Position numbers and translations under genes: made by a program
DNA from: the human T2T-CHM13v2.0 reference genome, Homo sapiens
NCBI RefSeq assembly: GCF_009914755.1
Contig: NC_060934.1
Direction: 5' to 3' (one strand)
Length of the DNA stretch: 64,000 bases
Shown here: positions 25,455 to 53,480 of the stretch, one piece after another
Numbering within the stretch: the first letter of the stretch is position 1
How the letters are laid out: the number at the start of each line of letters is the position of its first letter
Notes under the pieces: model-generated
Seen by the model: the letters and a program-made list of their open reading frames with translations, nothing else
Databases searched by the model: none
What the model was told of the DNA's origin: nothing

Positions 25455-27249
25455 CATTGTTTTATCATGACAGTAGCAATGTGTTTTAATTGTAAAATTC
25501 TTGACTTTTTGTTTTGTTTATAAACTTCCTTTTCTTGGCCCTGTGCCTTAAACTACAGTAGATTAGGTGAAACTGTTCTCTGATCACACTAGCATTTAAA
25601 ATATGAACCTGAATCTTCTCAGGTACTTTGATCTCTCCAATCTATTAATGTTTCTGAGTACATAAACATCAATTAGCTCACCAAATTAAAGTTAGCAAAT
25701 GCGTCAGCCATGTAATTTGCATGTGACATTTTGAGTTAGCAGGGCCAAGAGGGAAGTATGTTTTTGTGAGTGGGTGTGCTTATCTCTCTGTCTTCAGGTG
25801 GTGATGGAAAGTTGTACATGTAAGAGAAGGAGTTGTGGCAGTGGATATGTGAAATGCTAACTGTACATATGCCTCTGCTTGGGGCAGAAGCACTTTACCA
25901 GAGAAGTCTCCAACAGTTGCAAACTACATATTCTTTTTCCTTATATAAGTGAATCTTTTAATTAGTGTAATATTATGTAGAGTGTATGTTTTTTCTGTTT
26001 TTTTTTAATGAAAGGTGATATTTTGATAAATCTGCAAAATGAGCAATATAGACAACATTTTAGAGTGAATGATACTAGATTTAAACTATGAGGCTGGTCT
26101 CTGCAAAGATACAAAGTAAATACTAATCACTGGTCTAAGCAAAATCCAGGAAGGATTTTTGTTAATTTGACAAGTGGGTTTAGAATTCTTTAGCCACTAT
26201 TTTTTAGAAACCAGCTTTGTTCATACATCCTTTCTCTAATTTGCCTCACTTTTGATCTGTGATAAACCAGCTGCAATTTGGTTTCATTAACAAACTTAAC
26301 TGGTCAACAGATGTTTTGGCTCTATTTTGTCCTTTCTATTAGAAACAGCATAGGCGTACACAGAAACCATGCTGGGCCTTTTCCTGTCTGTAGCTCGACA
26401 GGCGTTACAGAAGAGCAACCTAACTTTACTTACAAGTTCAATTTTTCTTCCTCAGTATTTTTATTATAGGTATACAAACATTGTAGTTTTGTCTCCCCCA
26501 TCAAGTCGGTCTTTTGTTGTTAATCTTCCATCTGTTAGTCCAGTATACACTTCTCACCCTGCTTTTTAGCATTGCAAAATCTTAGCATGCAGGGAAAAAG
26601 GTACTATTGCAGGAGAGGTAATTGAGATATCAGCGACTCTTCCACAATTCAAGGGAAGGAGTGGAACTAGCCTGGTGAATTTAGATAATTTCTTCCGTCT
26701 TCTTTGATGTCAGTGAGCTGCCATATGGAGAGCAGTGAGGCCTGCAGGAAGGAGGTGAGCCTTGGTCTGGGCTGCCTAGGGTGTTCAGAGTGACATGGGC
26801 TGAGAGCCAGAGGCAGAGCTTGACTGTTTCTGTTAGTAGTTTCTGATGTGACCAGCCCTGCTTTTTGTCCAAGGTTTCCCTGTCATGCTTGCCACCCTAT
26901 GGGTATGATGAAGTTTAAGAAACAGATCATAAACATTATCTTGGGAAAGAGAAACATAAGAACATATTAAAATCTAGTAATAAGGCCATTAAAAGATGAC
27001 TCCCATTTGATATTTGACCAACTTGTTTTCAAAATTAGTATTGTAAACACTTCTGTCTTATAACAAAACCCAGCTTTAGCTGTTGAGCCTTGAGTTGTGA
27101 GTAAAGCAGCAGAAAACAGGATCTGCTAGTGGAAGAGTATTGGCTGTTTGAAGAACATCAGCTGTTCCAGGTAGACTCCTGGCAGTGTGTGAGCAGACCT
27201 GGGAAAGGCAGGCATGGAGGGAGCTAGGAAAATACTTCTCTCCTAACCT

Positions 27250-28660
<1,411 letters not shown>

Positions 28661-28663
28661 GTG

Positions 28664-29154
28664 TGTATTAGTTTTCTATTGCTGCTGTAACAAATTACAG
28701 CAACTTAATGGTTTAACACAACACAAATGTATTGTCTTACAGTTCGGTAGGTCAGAAGTCCAACATGGGTTTCTTAGGTTAAAATGAAGGTGAGGGCAAG
28801 GTAATGTTCTTTTCTGGAGGCTCTAGGAGAGAATCTTTTCCCTTGCTTTTTTGAGCTTCTAGAGGCTGCGCATATTCCTTGACTCATGATCCCTTCCTCC
28901 ATCTTCAAAGCCAGCAATGTTGCATCTCTCTGACTGTTCTTTCACAGTCACATCTGCCTCTTACCACAGCCTGGACAGTTTTTCAGCTTTTAAAGGATGC
29001 ATATTATTAGATTGAGCCCATTTGGATAATCCAGATAATGCCCTTATCTCACAGTCCTTAACTTTATCATATCTGCAAGGTTATTTTGCCAGGTAAGGTT
29101 CTGGGCATTAGGAAGTAGACATTTTTGGGGGAGCCCATTATTTTGCCTGCCACA
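28664..29154 (-). mobile_element. MLT1 (ERVL-MaLR) solo LTR, MLT1C/D-like
   Basis: Termini TGTATTAGTTTTCTATTGCTGCTGTAACAAATTAC ... ATTTTGCCTGCCACA; 5-bp TSD-like cagtg/caggg. Confidence 0.85.
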
Positions 29155-29250
29155 CAGGGTTTAGTATTGTCACCTAAATCAAATTTTGCATTGGGGGTTG
29201 CAAATCATTGAAGGTTTTGGGCTATGGTGAACCATGATCAAGTCTGTTTA

Positions 29251-30908
<1,658 letters not shown>

Positions 30909-31569
30909 TATATCTATAATTTAAATTAGAACCCTCAATCAGAGAAGTCTAAATAGGCTGAAAAAGAAACTCATTTATTTAAAAAAGAAAAATGACATGC
31001 AGATGGATGTATATTATATTCTTTTAGTTTTTAGTAAAAATTCAGAAAAATAAACATGAACTTGAGGTAACGAGCCTCTAGAATTCTTCATTTTATTTCA
31101 TTTCACAATGTTTCAGCAGTCTTCTGCAGTTAGTTGGAAGGTTTTGGAAATTCTGACTAATCCAGTTGTTGAAGAATAACTAGTTAGCTTAATAAATATG
31201 TTTTCTAGAGCTGATAAAAAAGATGATTTTTTCATCTGATGAGCTCTGACCCTCTATAAACCTTCTAACTTAACTCATTTTCCACCAGCTACAGAAATGT
31301 AACAAGATGCCAACAATTACATCCTCATGGAGCATGTATACTAGCTTATAAAATCACCCCTTTGTTGGAAAATTGTGTAATATCTTGATTTCAATTTAGC
31401 ATGGCATGTTGGTTAGCAGTAAATCTTGCTAGTGTATGAACACAAGCCTGCAGGCAGTTTGGAGAACATTGATCAGGTGTAAATTGTATGTATTTTTCTC
31501 GCTTCTAAAAATTTTATAGCAGAATGAAATAAAGAGCTAGCATTGAGAACACTTTTTCAGTTGTTTTTT

Positions 31570-31669
31570 ATTTTTTATTTTTATTTATTTTTATTATACT
31601 TTAAGTTCTAGGGAACATGTGCACAAGTGCAAGTTTGTTACATATATATACATGTGCCATGCTGGTTTG
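31570..31669 (-). mobile_element. Very short L1PA 3' end with TSD
   Basis: ttattatactttaagttctaggg(a)acatgtgcaca...acatgtgccatgctggt is the L1PA 3' terminus; gttgttttttatttt on both sides. Confidence 0.85.
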
Positions 31670-31889
31670 TAGGTTGTTTTTTATTTTGACATGTATCTTG
31701 TGGAAAGTGCCTTCTCTCTCCTGAAATCCATGATTTGTGTCTCTGACCACTTAGGTTCCCCATTTAGTATGTGACACATAGCAAAAGCAAACAAGCATAG
31801 TTAAAACGTGTATTTGTGCCTTGTGAAATGTGCATTATAAGCAGTTAATACTAGATTTGAAGGCTGTACAAAAAACATGCAAAAAGATA

Positions 31890-33180
<1,291 letters not shown>

Positions 33181-33782
33181 TCATTTTCCTGATGAAGAAA
33201 ACTTCTTTTAATGAGAAGGTATTGAAAATAGTTTCATATTAGGTTCTTATAAACATGAGCCTTTAAGTGCCTTTTTACTGTTTATAATAGACGTCACTGA
33301 GAAGATTGTTAAAATTTATAATATGATATCATTAAAGTAGCTTTTCCCAAATGATGTTCTGAGGAAGAAGGAAGTACTCTACAAGAAATTAATGATGCTA
33401 ATAATAGTCTGAGATTTACAGTACCTGAGTAGTTCTAAAATTTACCTTGCCTAACCCAAGATGATTTGACGATGGGCCTCTCTCCTCTTTGTCTTCATAG
33501 CAGCCATTCACTTGTCTAGAAATCTTTGCATTTGGTTAAGCAGTTTGGATAGTGCTGATGTAAGGTTATAGTGCTAATTCCTTTGCTTATTTCTTCTAAA
33601 TACACATCCCAAGGGAAACCATTGATTAATTAAACTTGGAGTTTGTCCTTCAGAATAGAAAACCAAAAATCATCAAATTCACCCCTTGTCTCTATTAATG
33701 TATTGATTTAGTAATATTTATGTAATTCTTTAAATGTAGTATAAAACTTTAGAGTTGCAGGAGATCTTTGAGATCACCAAGT

Positions 33783-34070
33783 CCAGGGTTTTAAGGCTAA
33801 GGTTCAAGGAGCCCTTTTTTCTGGGGTTTGTAGACCTCTGAAATTATATGCAAAAAGAGTATTTTTCTGGAGCTTCTTGCCCCTCCTCTCCTTCAGCAGG
33901 TCATTTGACCTAGGCCAGTGGTTCCCAAACTTTGCTGCACATTAGAATTACTGGAGGAGCTTTTAAACGTTAGATGCCCAGATCACACCTCCATGCTGCT
34001 TAAATAAAAATGTTGGAGTGGGAGTCAGGCATTAGAACTTTTTGAAGTTTCCTTGTGATGCCAGCATGCA
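33783..34070. mobile_element. Charlie4z-like fragment (33783-33872) and MER5A/MER5A1 (33916-34070)
   Basis: cagtggttcccaaactttgctgcacattagaatta...gatgcccagatcacacc; acctctgaaattatatgcaaaa. Confidence 0.65.
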
Positions 34071-35563
34071 TCACATGCTTTCTTCTTTAATAGATGAACA
34101 AGTAGGATCTACTTATGTGGCTGAGGAAGCAATCTAGAGATGTTAATTGGTCAGGGCTCTGCTTCCTGCTAAAAGAGATTTTAGAGATCGTTCTGAAGGA
34201 GTCTTGTGGGGAAGTGGCTCTGGAGCTAGAATGCTTAGGTTCAAATCCCAAGTTTTCCTCAGCTGACTAATAGGGATGATAATATAGCACTGACCACACT
34301 GGGATAGTCGCTGCCTGAGCTACAGAGGTGGTGAGCTTGTCCTCAGCCTCAACAGAAAGGTCAGCTGAACAGACTCCAAGGCAGTGGAGGGACGGCAGCC
34401 CCCAGCACTCCACTCTGCCATACTGTTTGGGAAGGAAAAGCTGTAAACCGATGTCCTCATTACCTTCTAACGAAGACCTCCTCTCCTCTTGCTCTCTTAC
34501 GCCAAGAATGGCTAGAATCCGTTTCTCTTTGTGGCTCCTTCCACCCCACCTCATGTTATTTAAGTAATCAGAAAAGGAGTCTATTATTTTCAGAGTAACA
34601 CATGCTCCTTGTACAGACTTTGAAAAACAGAAAGATTTGGAGATGATACATTATCACTGCAAATTTGACTATAAAGATAACTACTGTTGAAAGTGTGTAT
34701 TTTCTTCCAGTCTTTTTTCCTTTTTTCCTACATGTAAATATGTATGCTATATTTAAATAAAAAGAAGACTGTGTGAGCTATATAATTTTGTATCTTCCTT
34801 TCTAAATTTAAAATCTGTTGTGAGCCTTTTCCCATATTCTTGATTATTCTTTGAAGCTGACTAAATAGCTGCATAGTATTTATGTCTTTATCCTTCAAAA
34901 TTTAAGGTGCTCCTAAATCTTCTGCTATTACAAATAATACCGCTACTAAAAATTTGTGCATGTGTGGATAATTATTTCCCATAGAATAGATTACTAAAGG
35001 AGGTAATACTGAGGCATGACTATGAATTCTTTTTCTAAAGCTTTGGAAGCATATTATCAAAAACTGTTCCAAAAAGATAGTACCAATTTATACTTATGGG
35101 CAGAGTATAAGGGAGTGTGGGCATCTAATTGATTCTTAATGCTTACCTTTTGTCATGTTAATGTAGTAGAGGGAAGAATGGATCCTTAGGAGTTACTTTG
35201 CATTTCTTTGATTACTAATGACTTGGACATTTTAAAATGATTAATGGCCATTGCTAAATAACAGTGTTGTGGTTATTTCCCCATCCTTATTCCTATGCCC
35301 TGCAGATAAGCATCTTCAACTCTTTCAACCACATTTAGTCTGGCTTCTTAGGGAAGTTGGAGGTCTGTAATATTCTTACGCTGTTGTTTCTTATTTTTAA
35401 ATTGTAGACATTATCTGTTGACTTCTTGCGAGTGTAGATAAGGATAAAGGTCCCTCATACACATACACTTTTCTCTTTCCCTTTGCCCCTCTTATCTCAA
35501 TATACACTACTTTTATGTAGGTAAGTATATGTATTCAGTGCTTATATTTTTATGAGTTTGTAA

Positions 35564-36292
<729 letters not shown>

Positions 36293-36896
36293 ATATAAAG
36301 TAAAGAGTAAAAGTTTTACCTCATTGGCCCTGTGTGTTCTTCTCTGAAAACAGCTTTCCAAAGGCAGCCACACTTGGTGGTTTGTATGTATTCTTACAGG
36401 GCTTTTTAAAGCACTTGTAAGCTAATATTATACCTACGTTTATGTATTTCTTGTAACAGAAATTGGGATCGGACTTTGGTATTTTTTCTTTTGAAAAGTT
36501 TTTAGATATATAAGACATATATGAGTACATTCTTCTTGAAAAAGTTCTAATAGCAGAAAGAAAGTGTCACACAAACTCCCTGAGTCTCACTTACCTTATC
36601 TGTAAAATGGGAAGGATTATATATTCTTCATAGGGTTGTTAATTAGAATTTAATGAAATTATGCATTTAGGTGGCCTAACACAGTGCCTATTCAATAACA
36701 AAAATGAGCTAGTTATTTTGAACATGTATCAGCTTTGGAATTTTTAATGAAGAGCATTTTGGCATATTACTGTATAGTTTGACAGTGGTCTTTTGATTTG
36801 CTCAGTCCTTTTTCAGGGTCTTACAGAAGAAAAGGAGAGTCTTACATGTTTTCCTTCATAGCTTTGTATGCTGTAAATATGAGTTTAGTTTAATAG

Positions 36897-37355
<459 letters not shown>

Positions 37356-37422
37356 TAATACTTGCTTTCACATTACCGCACTAAAGAGGCATAATAACCA
37401 AATGCCGTGCATGGAAAACAGT

Positions 37423-37651
37423 ACAGTTGACCCTTGAACAACACAGGTTTGTGCTGCGCTGGTCAACTTACGTGCTGATTTTTTTCAACCAAATCTAATA
37501 CAGTATTCATGGATGCAAAATGCACACATACAGAGGGCTGATTTTTTGTCTCTGTGGGTTCTTCAGGGCCAGCTGCAGGACTTGAGTATGTGTGGATTTT
37601 GTTATAGTCTGAGGTCTTGGAACTGATCCCTCATGTATAACAAGGGATGAC
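37423..37651. mobile_element. MER8-like Tigger MITE
   Basis: TA|CAGTTGACCCTTGAACAACAC ... ggaactgatccctcatgtataacaagggatgaca; about 230 bp. Confidence 0.8.
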
Positions 37652-37659
37652 AATATTAA

Positions 37660-38052
37660 AAAATTACTTATTTGGGGGATAATTGGATACATTTGAATTT
37701 GGATTACATATTAAGGGAACTTAATGGCATTAATGTTATTGTTCTTCAATATGATAATGGCATTTTGATTATCTAGGATGTCTTTATGAGTTGGGAGATG
37801 CCTTCGGAAGTATTTAATGGTGAAGTGTCTTGATGTTTGCAGCTTACTTTCAAATGGTTCAGCAAAAATCATACTAAAATATGTATGTATAAATATATGT
37901 GTGAATATAGACAGATATAGATAAAGATATGAGGCAAAAGATAGGACCCCTAATTGTTGAATCTAGGTGAAGGGCATACCAGTGTTCATTATGCTACTTC
38001 AACTTTTCTGTAGGGCTGAAAGTTTTTCAAAGTGTAAACTTGGAAAAATAAA
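37660..38052 (+). mobile_element. L1ME/MC-type 3' end
   Basis: gaagtatttaatggtgaagtgtcttgatgtttgcagcttactttcaaatggttcagc...aattgttgaatctaggtgaaggg. Confidence 0.7.
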
Positions 38053-39764
38053 TGTAATTAGAATATTTACTTAAAATTAAATTGCCTCATTTTCTTTATC
38101 TTAGTAGATTTACTAAAAAAAAGGAGTCTATATCATTATTGTAAGTGGAAAACAAGCATTCCTTGCCATAAATAGAAGATAACTGTAAAAGTTATTATTT
38201 TAAAAAGTTTCAGCTGGATATTGTTGTCTGCCAAGGCTCTGAGCCTGAGGCCTGCTCTCTCAAAAGAAGATTAACAAGCATTAGAGGCGTTAAACACAAT
38301 ATTAGCACCAAAATGAGACTTTCTTCTTGACTTAATGGGAAGGTATGAAAGAAAATTGAAAAGGGAACAAGTTTCTCATTCTGTGTGATTCAGCTCACCT
38401 CATAACATCTCAAGTCTCACCTCAAGGCATCTTGAGTACCACTAGTGATAGAATCCCACACTTGGGGAAATACTGTATCAGGTGATTTCAGTGTAATGTG
38501 TTAGAATGAAAGTAAATTTTTATATTAAATACTGTTTATAGTGCCCATTATGTCTTTTTTAAACCTTGTATGTTGGTTTATCATCATCATTATTATTATT
38601 TGGTAGTCTCGATAACTAGAGCTAGCTGCATGGTTAGCTGCGTGATGTCCTGGCTTAGGGCAGATGTCAGATATTGCAGTCTAAATTATTATTGGGGTAT
38701 ACTTATTCTATTTTATGATATGCAGTGTTGCCTGACTCTCGAAGCATAATAAAGCCAATTGAGATCTTTAAAAAATTAATTATTATTGATTTCTTACTCT
38801 GAAGTTGCTCTTGTAGTGGGTTTTTGCTATATATATTTTTTCTTTCCTTCTTTTTTTCTTGCTACATTGTTCCTGCTGTTATTTGGAAGGCACTAGGACA
38901 TTTTGCCTCTTGAACAATGAAAGGATCCAGATCGTGTCTGTCTCACATTTTGTTATCCCAGTACAAGACTCAATTGAATAAAACATATTACCCATCTGGC
39001 CTGGAAATCTCAGTGGCACTCAAAATAACTTACTAACAAGTTGTTGGATCATGATATCTTGAGATTTTCTGAAAGTTCAGCTTCTTTTTAGCTGTTGCTA
39101 AGAGAGAAATTTCATTGACATGAGGGACACGAGGACATGTCTGCACACTGCCAGTTGTTTTAGAGGCATTTGGCTCTGCCGCCTTGCAGATGGTTAGACT
39201 CTGGGTGGTGGGTGAATGTATGCTGATTATCTTATTGAATTAAGGTAACCTTTTGTCATTCATTGAATTCTGCAGACCAGTTGGTCAGTGAGCAGCTGCT
39301 CCATGTGGCTTGGTTTGGGTTTTGAAGTACACAAAAACTATCTTAAAGGGTGGTCAGTCTAATCCAGGTATTCAACAAAGCAATATTGAAAGCCTTCTTC
39401 CCCTTTTGACACTGTTTTCTGTTCTGATGGAAGTGAATGAGCAAAAATATTTTTACTTTTTGCTCAATTAACTAAATGATTGAAGCAAAGGTTTATGGAA
39501 TGGCCGAATAAGAATTTTTTAACCTAGTGCTTTAAGTTGAAGAAAATACACTTTCATAATATTTGGTGTCAGAAACATTCTACTTTTATGGCATGGTCTT
39601 ATGTTTGAAGATACGTGGTAGAGTTTTTAAAGTTTATTTTTACAAATATCTAGAAACTAAAAAGCATTCTTTTTTATCATGCATGCTTAATAACATCATC
39701 TTGACAAATACTAGCTGCATAACTTTTGGTTTGTAGGGTTGTTTTAAGATCAGTTTTTTGTTTG

Positions 39765-41830
<2,066 letters not shown>

Positions 41831-42106
41831 CCCACGAAAAACCAAATATGAGACCATGAGACCTATATTGAAGGGCCCAAGGGCAGATTGTCAAGATGGC
41901 AGACCTTGGTTTGCACTTTAGAGTTGGGTAGCTTCTTAACTTGGGCTGTTCCACATCTTAATCTAGGATGAGCAGCAACAAGGATGTCTTTATTTAATAA
42001 TGACCAACAAGTCTCCCAGTCACATACTGACTAATTTCAAATAAATGCATTTGATCTTTTCATTTTCATTTTGCTTGTTTAAATATAAATTGTCTATTGA
42101 AAGAGT

Positions 42107-43016
<910 letters not shown>

Positions 43017-43060
43017 CTCATATGGTTTATGAGTACTTAAGACATGTTTGATTCAATTTA

Positions 43061-45260
<2,200 letters not shown>

Positions 45261-45477
45261 CTGATGGTTGCAGACTGAATTCCAATAGAATCTTCTCCCC
45301 AAGGTCTTTTTATTCCCTCTCTCTTTTCCTCAATTCAGCCACTCTATGAGTAGTTAATACAGGTATTTATTTCACAGATGAGGTGAGACTCAGGGAGATG
45401 AAATGACTCATTTAGAGTTATCAGGTGCAGACAGAAATTTTACTCTACCCAGAAAACCAAAATATAGGCATGAAATC

Positions 45478-45712
45478 AGTGTTCTTCAAACTGAATTGTC
45501 TCTCATTAATTGATTGTGAAATCAACATAATGAGTTCCTATCAGCATTAAAGAAAAAAAAAAGAGAAACAGAATAAAAATATAGCATGCCTTGTGTAAAA
45601 GGGTAAGTAATGTTTCATGAAACTTCTATTTTAGTTTAATATTCACATATGTGTATAGTAGGTCATGATGTGAACGTATTTCTTACTTGAAGTTATGAAA
45701 AATTGGAAAGGC
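45478..45712. mobile_element. hAT-Charlie MITE (Charlie15a-like)
   Basis: Begins cagtgttcttcaaactg and ends ttggaaaggcac (degenerate TIR); A-rich interior. Confidence 0.45.
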
Positions 45713-45894
45713 ACATACAGGATCATTGTAGAAGGAACTTATGTTATCACAGAGGTCCTGTAGTCCCCATGGGAATAAGAAAGCAAAAGACAAATTCACT
45801 TGGGTGGTTACTGTAGGTTGTCATATGTTGTTTATTTCTTCAGTGACTGATAGGCTGTAAGTCTGTCAGTTTCTTAGTTGTTTTCTTAGTTGAT

Positions 45895-47289
<1,395 letters not shown>

Positions 47290-48118
47290 TGTCTTCCTTT
47301 TTCTCAAACATTTAATTTGCTGTTTCTTGATCACATATCATCCTTCTTTCCTTTCAAGGTCAGGGGAGATAATTTTTTACTGTATGTACTGCTGCATCTT
47401 CACACAAATTATCATCTGAAAAGCCTTCTCAGATTTGACAAATGAAGTCTCTTTTCATTCCCAGGAGGAACTTGTTAAACCAATGAAGTTCAAAATTCTA
47501 ATTCCTGTTCCTTTCTAGTGTGCACCACTTTATTCATCTTGAATAAACATACAACCTCAAGCATCCTACAAGGCAAATAGATTCCTTTTTAATTAGTGGC
47601 TCTATACACAGAGTTTTATCATCATGAAATTTATAAACCAGGAAGGGAACAAATATTTACACTTGCAACTTCATGTCAACATTGCCTACTATTTGAAGAG
47701 CTCTGAAATTGTAAATGTATCACCCCCTCCTTCTTCCCCCACTCCCCACCCCTGCCGGCTTTTAAACTATGGCAGTAGAAAAATAGGTTTCAACTTTCTA
47801 GGAGCACATCTCTCCTATGTGGGGAATGTGGCAGATTCTTTATATAAGTGCTCTTTCTTTGTGACTGGCATTACTTTTTTTTCTCACAAAGATTTGTTTC
47901 AGAAGCTAATCTTCATTTTTTTGGTTGTTGCTTTTTGTAGTACTATTTCTAAGGCATCTCCAAGTAGAAAGGCAAAATTTTATTTTGAGAAGTTACTGCT
48001 TTCATAGTTACACAGAATTATTTCTCAATTTAAGTAGGCCTTTTATTCCAGGACAAAATTAAGCCAGTCAGAAGGTTTCTGGGAGAAAAATAATGAAGAG
48101 CTGAGGTTTTGTATGTTA

Positions 48119-48789
<671 letters not shown>

Positions 48790-49884
48790 AAGAAAACTTT
48801 TAAAGATGTGTAAATATGCAGTGATTTAAAAATCTCAGTTGAAGCTTGTTAAAATGTATCAAAATAATTTAGGAAAAGGGGGGCTGATTTTGCCAAAATT
48901 TGGGAGATGCATACTTTTTTTCAAGGCTTTACTGCAGTTTTAAAAAATATTTTATTGTTTTGTAGGCAGCTTCTGAACCAGAGTAGGCTCAGAGACTCCC
49001 TTTATTGCAGTTTTGATGCTGCAGAAAGTGACTGCTTAATTTCAGCTGTTGAGGATGTTGGTTATACTATGCCTGGATCAAAAAAATGATTTTACATTGC
49101 TTAGTTTGTTAAAATATGTTTAATAGGTTAATCTTTTTTTCAAAGCATCAAAAATAATTAAGATGAAATATCAGATAAACCCTATGTCTAGAATGAATAA
49201 TTTAGTTCTAAACATCCTGGATGCTAAGGAGAAAAGAACAAGATGTTGGTTTATAAAATTCTTATTGTCAAATAAAGAAGCATAGAAGTTTGAAGAAAGA
49301 TAATTTTTTTGTTTTTATTTTTTCTCTCTGAATTTAGGAGTAATTTATGTTTGGGTTCTAATCCTATGTTATCATCAAAGAGTAATAACATTGGCAATCT
49401 TCCCTCCCATTCTGCTTCATCCTCCCCACTAAAGGGAAATACCAGATTGTAAAAGAAAAAAAAAAAGCATGCTGGTTGTATAAAAAGAAACATTTTAAAC
49501 AAATAAGAAATATATATATTGAAATGCAGTCTCCCTGAATGATGCTAAACCCCTGTCCAAGTAGGCATTTCTCAGCCCACAGAAAGGGATGGCATTAAAT
49601 CACAGCTCAATGGAGACATTTTTATGAGGAGCTGTGATGGTTTGTGTTTAGCAAACATGTATTGGGCATCTCAGATTTGCCTGTTAGGGATGCAACAGTG
49701 AGTGAGATACTATTTGTTCCCTTAAGAAACTCAAAGAGGAAAGGGGTTGACTTGTTCAGTCAGTGACTTATGAAATATTTCATACTCATTCATTTACAGA
49801 GTACTTTTTGTAGGTATAGTACAGCGTGGTCAGCCAGGGAGACTATAGTGGGTGCATTAGTAACTAACCATACAACTAATGCTA

Positions 49885-50208
<324 letters not shown>

Positions 50209-50344
50209 CTAGATTGAGATTTGAAGTCAGAGTCCATCCAGAAAGTAGGGAAGACATTTTATGTAGAGAAGTAACAAGCTACAGGGATCAGAGGTATGAA
50301 CCAGGGTGCATGTTTGGGTTATGGTGAGTGGTGTCTGGCCAAAC

Positions 50345-50700
50345 TGTGTGGCTCAGGGTCTTTCTGCTTCACCATCTTTAGCATAGAAGCCTTCCTTGTG
50401 CTCACTTGCTCATCTCATTCTCACAAAATAGCTGCTTCATATCTAGGCACCATCTCTCTATTCCCACAGGGGAAAGAGGGAAAGTGCCAAGGGTAACAGC
50501 GGAAACGTCTTCCTTTTTATTCAGGAAATGAGGGACTCCCCAAGGCTTCTGCTTATATTTCATTGGCTTGAGCTGAGCCGTACAACCATCACTAGTGGCA
50601 GGTAGTCTGGGATGTCAAGAAAGTAGCTTCCCAGTCTCTTTGGTTAGAAGGCAAAGGAGAAGATGGTGGGAATCGGTTTGCATCAGTCACTCTACACATT
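50345..50700 (-). mobile_element. Old MLT1 (J/K/L-like) LTR fragment
   Basis: tcacaaaatagctgct...aggcaccatc...ggcttctgcttatatttcattggc...tagtggcaggtagtctggga. Confidence 0.55.
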
Positions 50701-50757
50701 ATCTGCTTTGTTAGGGCAGCATTATCTTAGTATTGTTACCAAGTTCAGGGTCTTTTC

Positions 50758-50870
50758 TGGGGTGATCAAGCATCCTGGGTCGCCTGGGACCAAGTGGTTT
50801 TCTGGGTTGTAGGACTTTGAGTGCTATAGCCTGGAAAGCCCTAGGAAAACCAGGATGGTTGGCCATCCTA
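50758..50870. mobile_element. MER81 hAT-Blackjack MITE
   Basis: tggggtgatcaagcatcctgg...ggactttgagtgcta...ggaaaaccaggatggttggccatccta; TIRs and a length of about 113 bp fit MER81. Confidence 0.8.
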
Positions 50871-51155
50871 GTCTTTCCCCATATCCTCTGTTGTCCAAAA
50901 ATATGGAAGCAGGTCATTTCTTGACATAGGAGCTGCCTTGACTGGGCTTAAAAAGGCCTGAAAGGCAGCTTAATAATTTACAATGAGAAATAAATGATAT
51001 TGGATCAGGGGAGGATACTGGAAGAAGAGCTCCATGGGATTTGCTTGGTGCTCGTGAGATTTTGACTGACAAGAGATCTTAGGGCTACTATATTACCCAA
51101 ATTCAGGGGACTCTGTTCACTTTGCCAGCAGCCTGGGATTAATTCTGTAGTGCTA

Positions 51156-53480
<2,325 letters not shown>

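Noticed and set aside
29080-29100. ttttgccag|gtaagg recursive-like motif
   Set aside because: Lies inside the MLT1 LTR, one change from its consensus, with a short pyrimidine tract.
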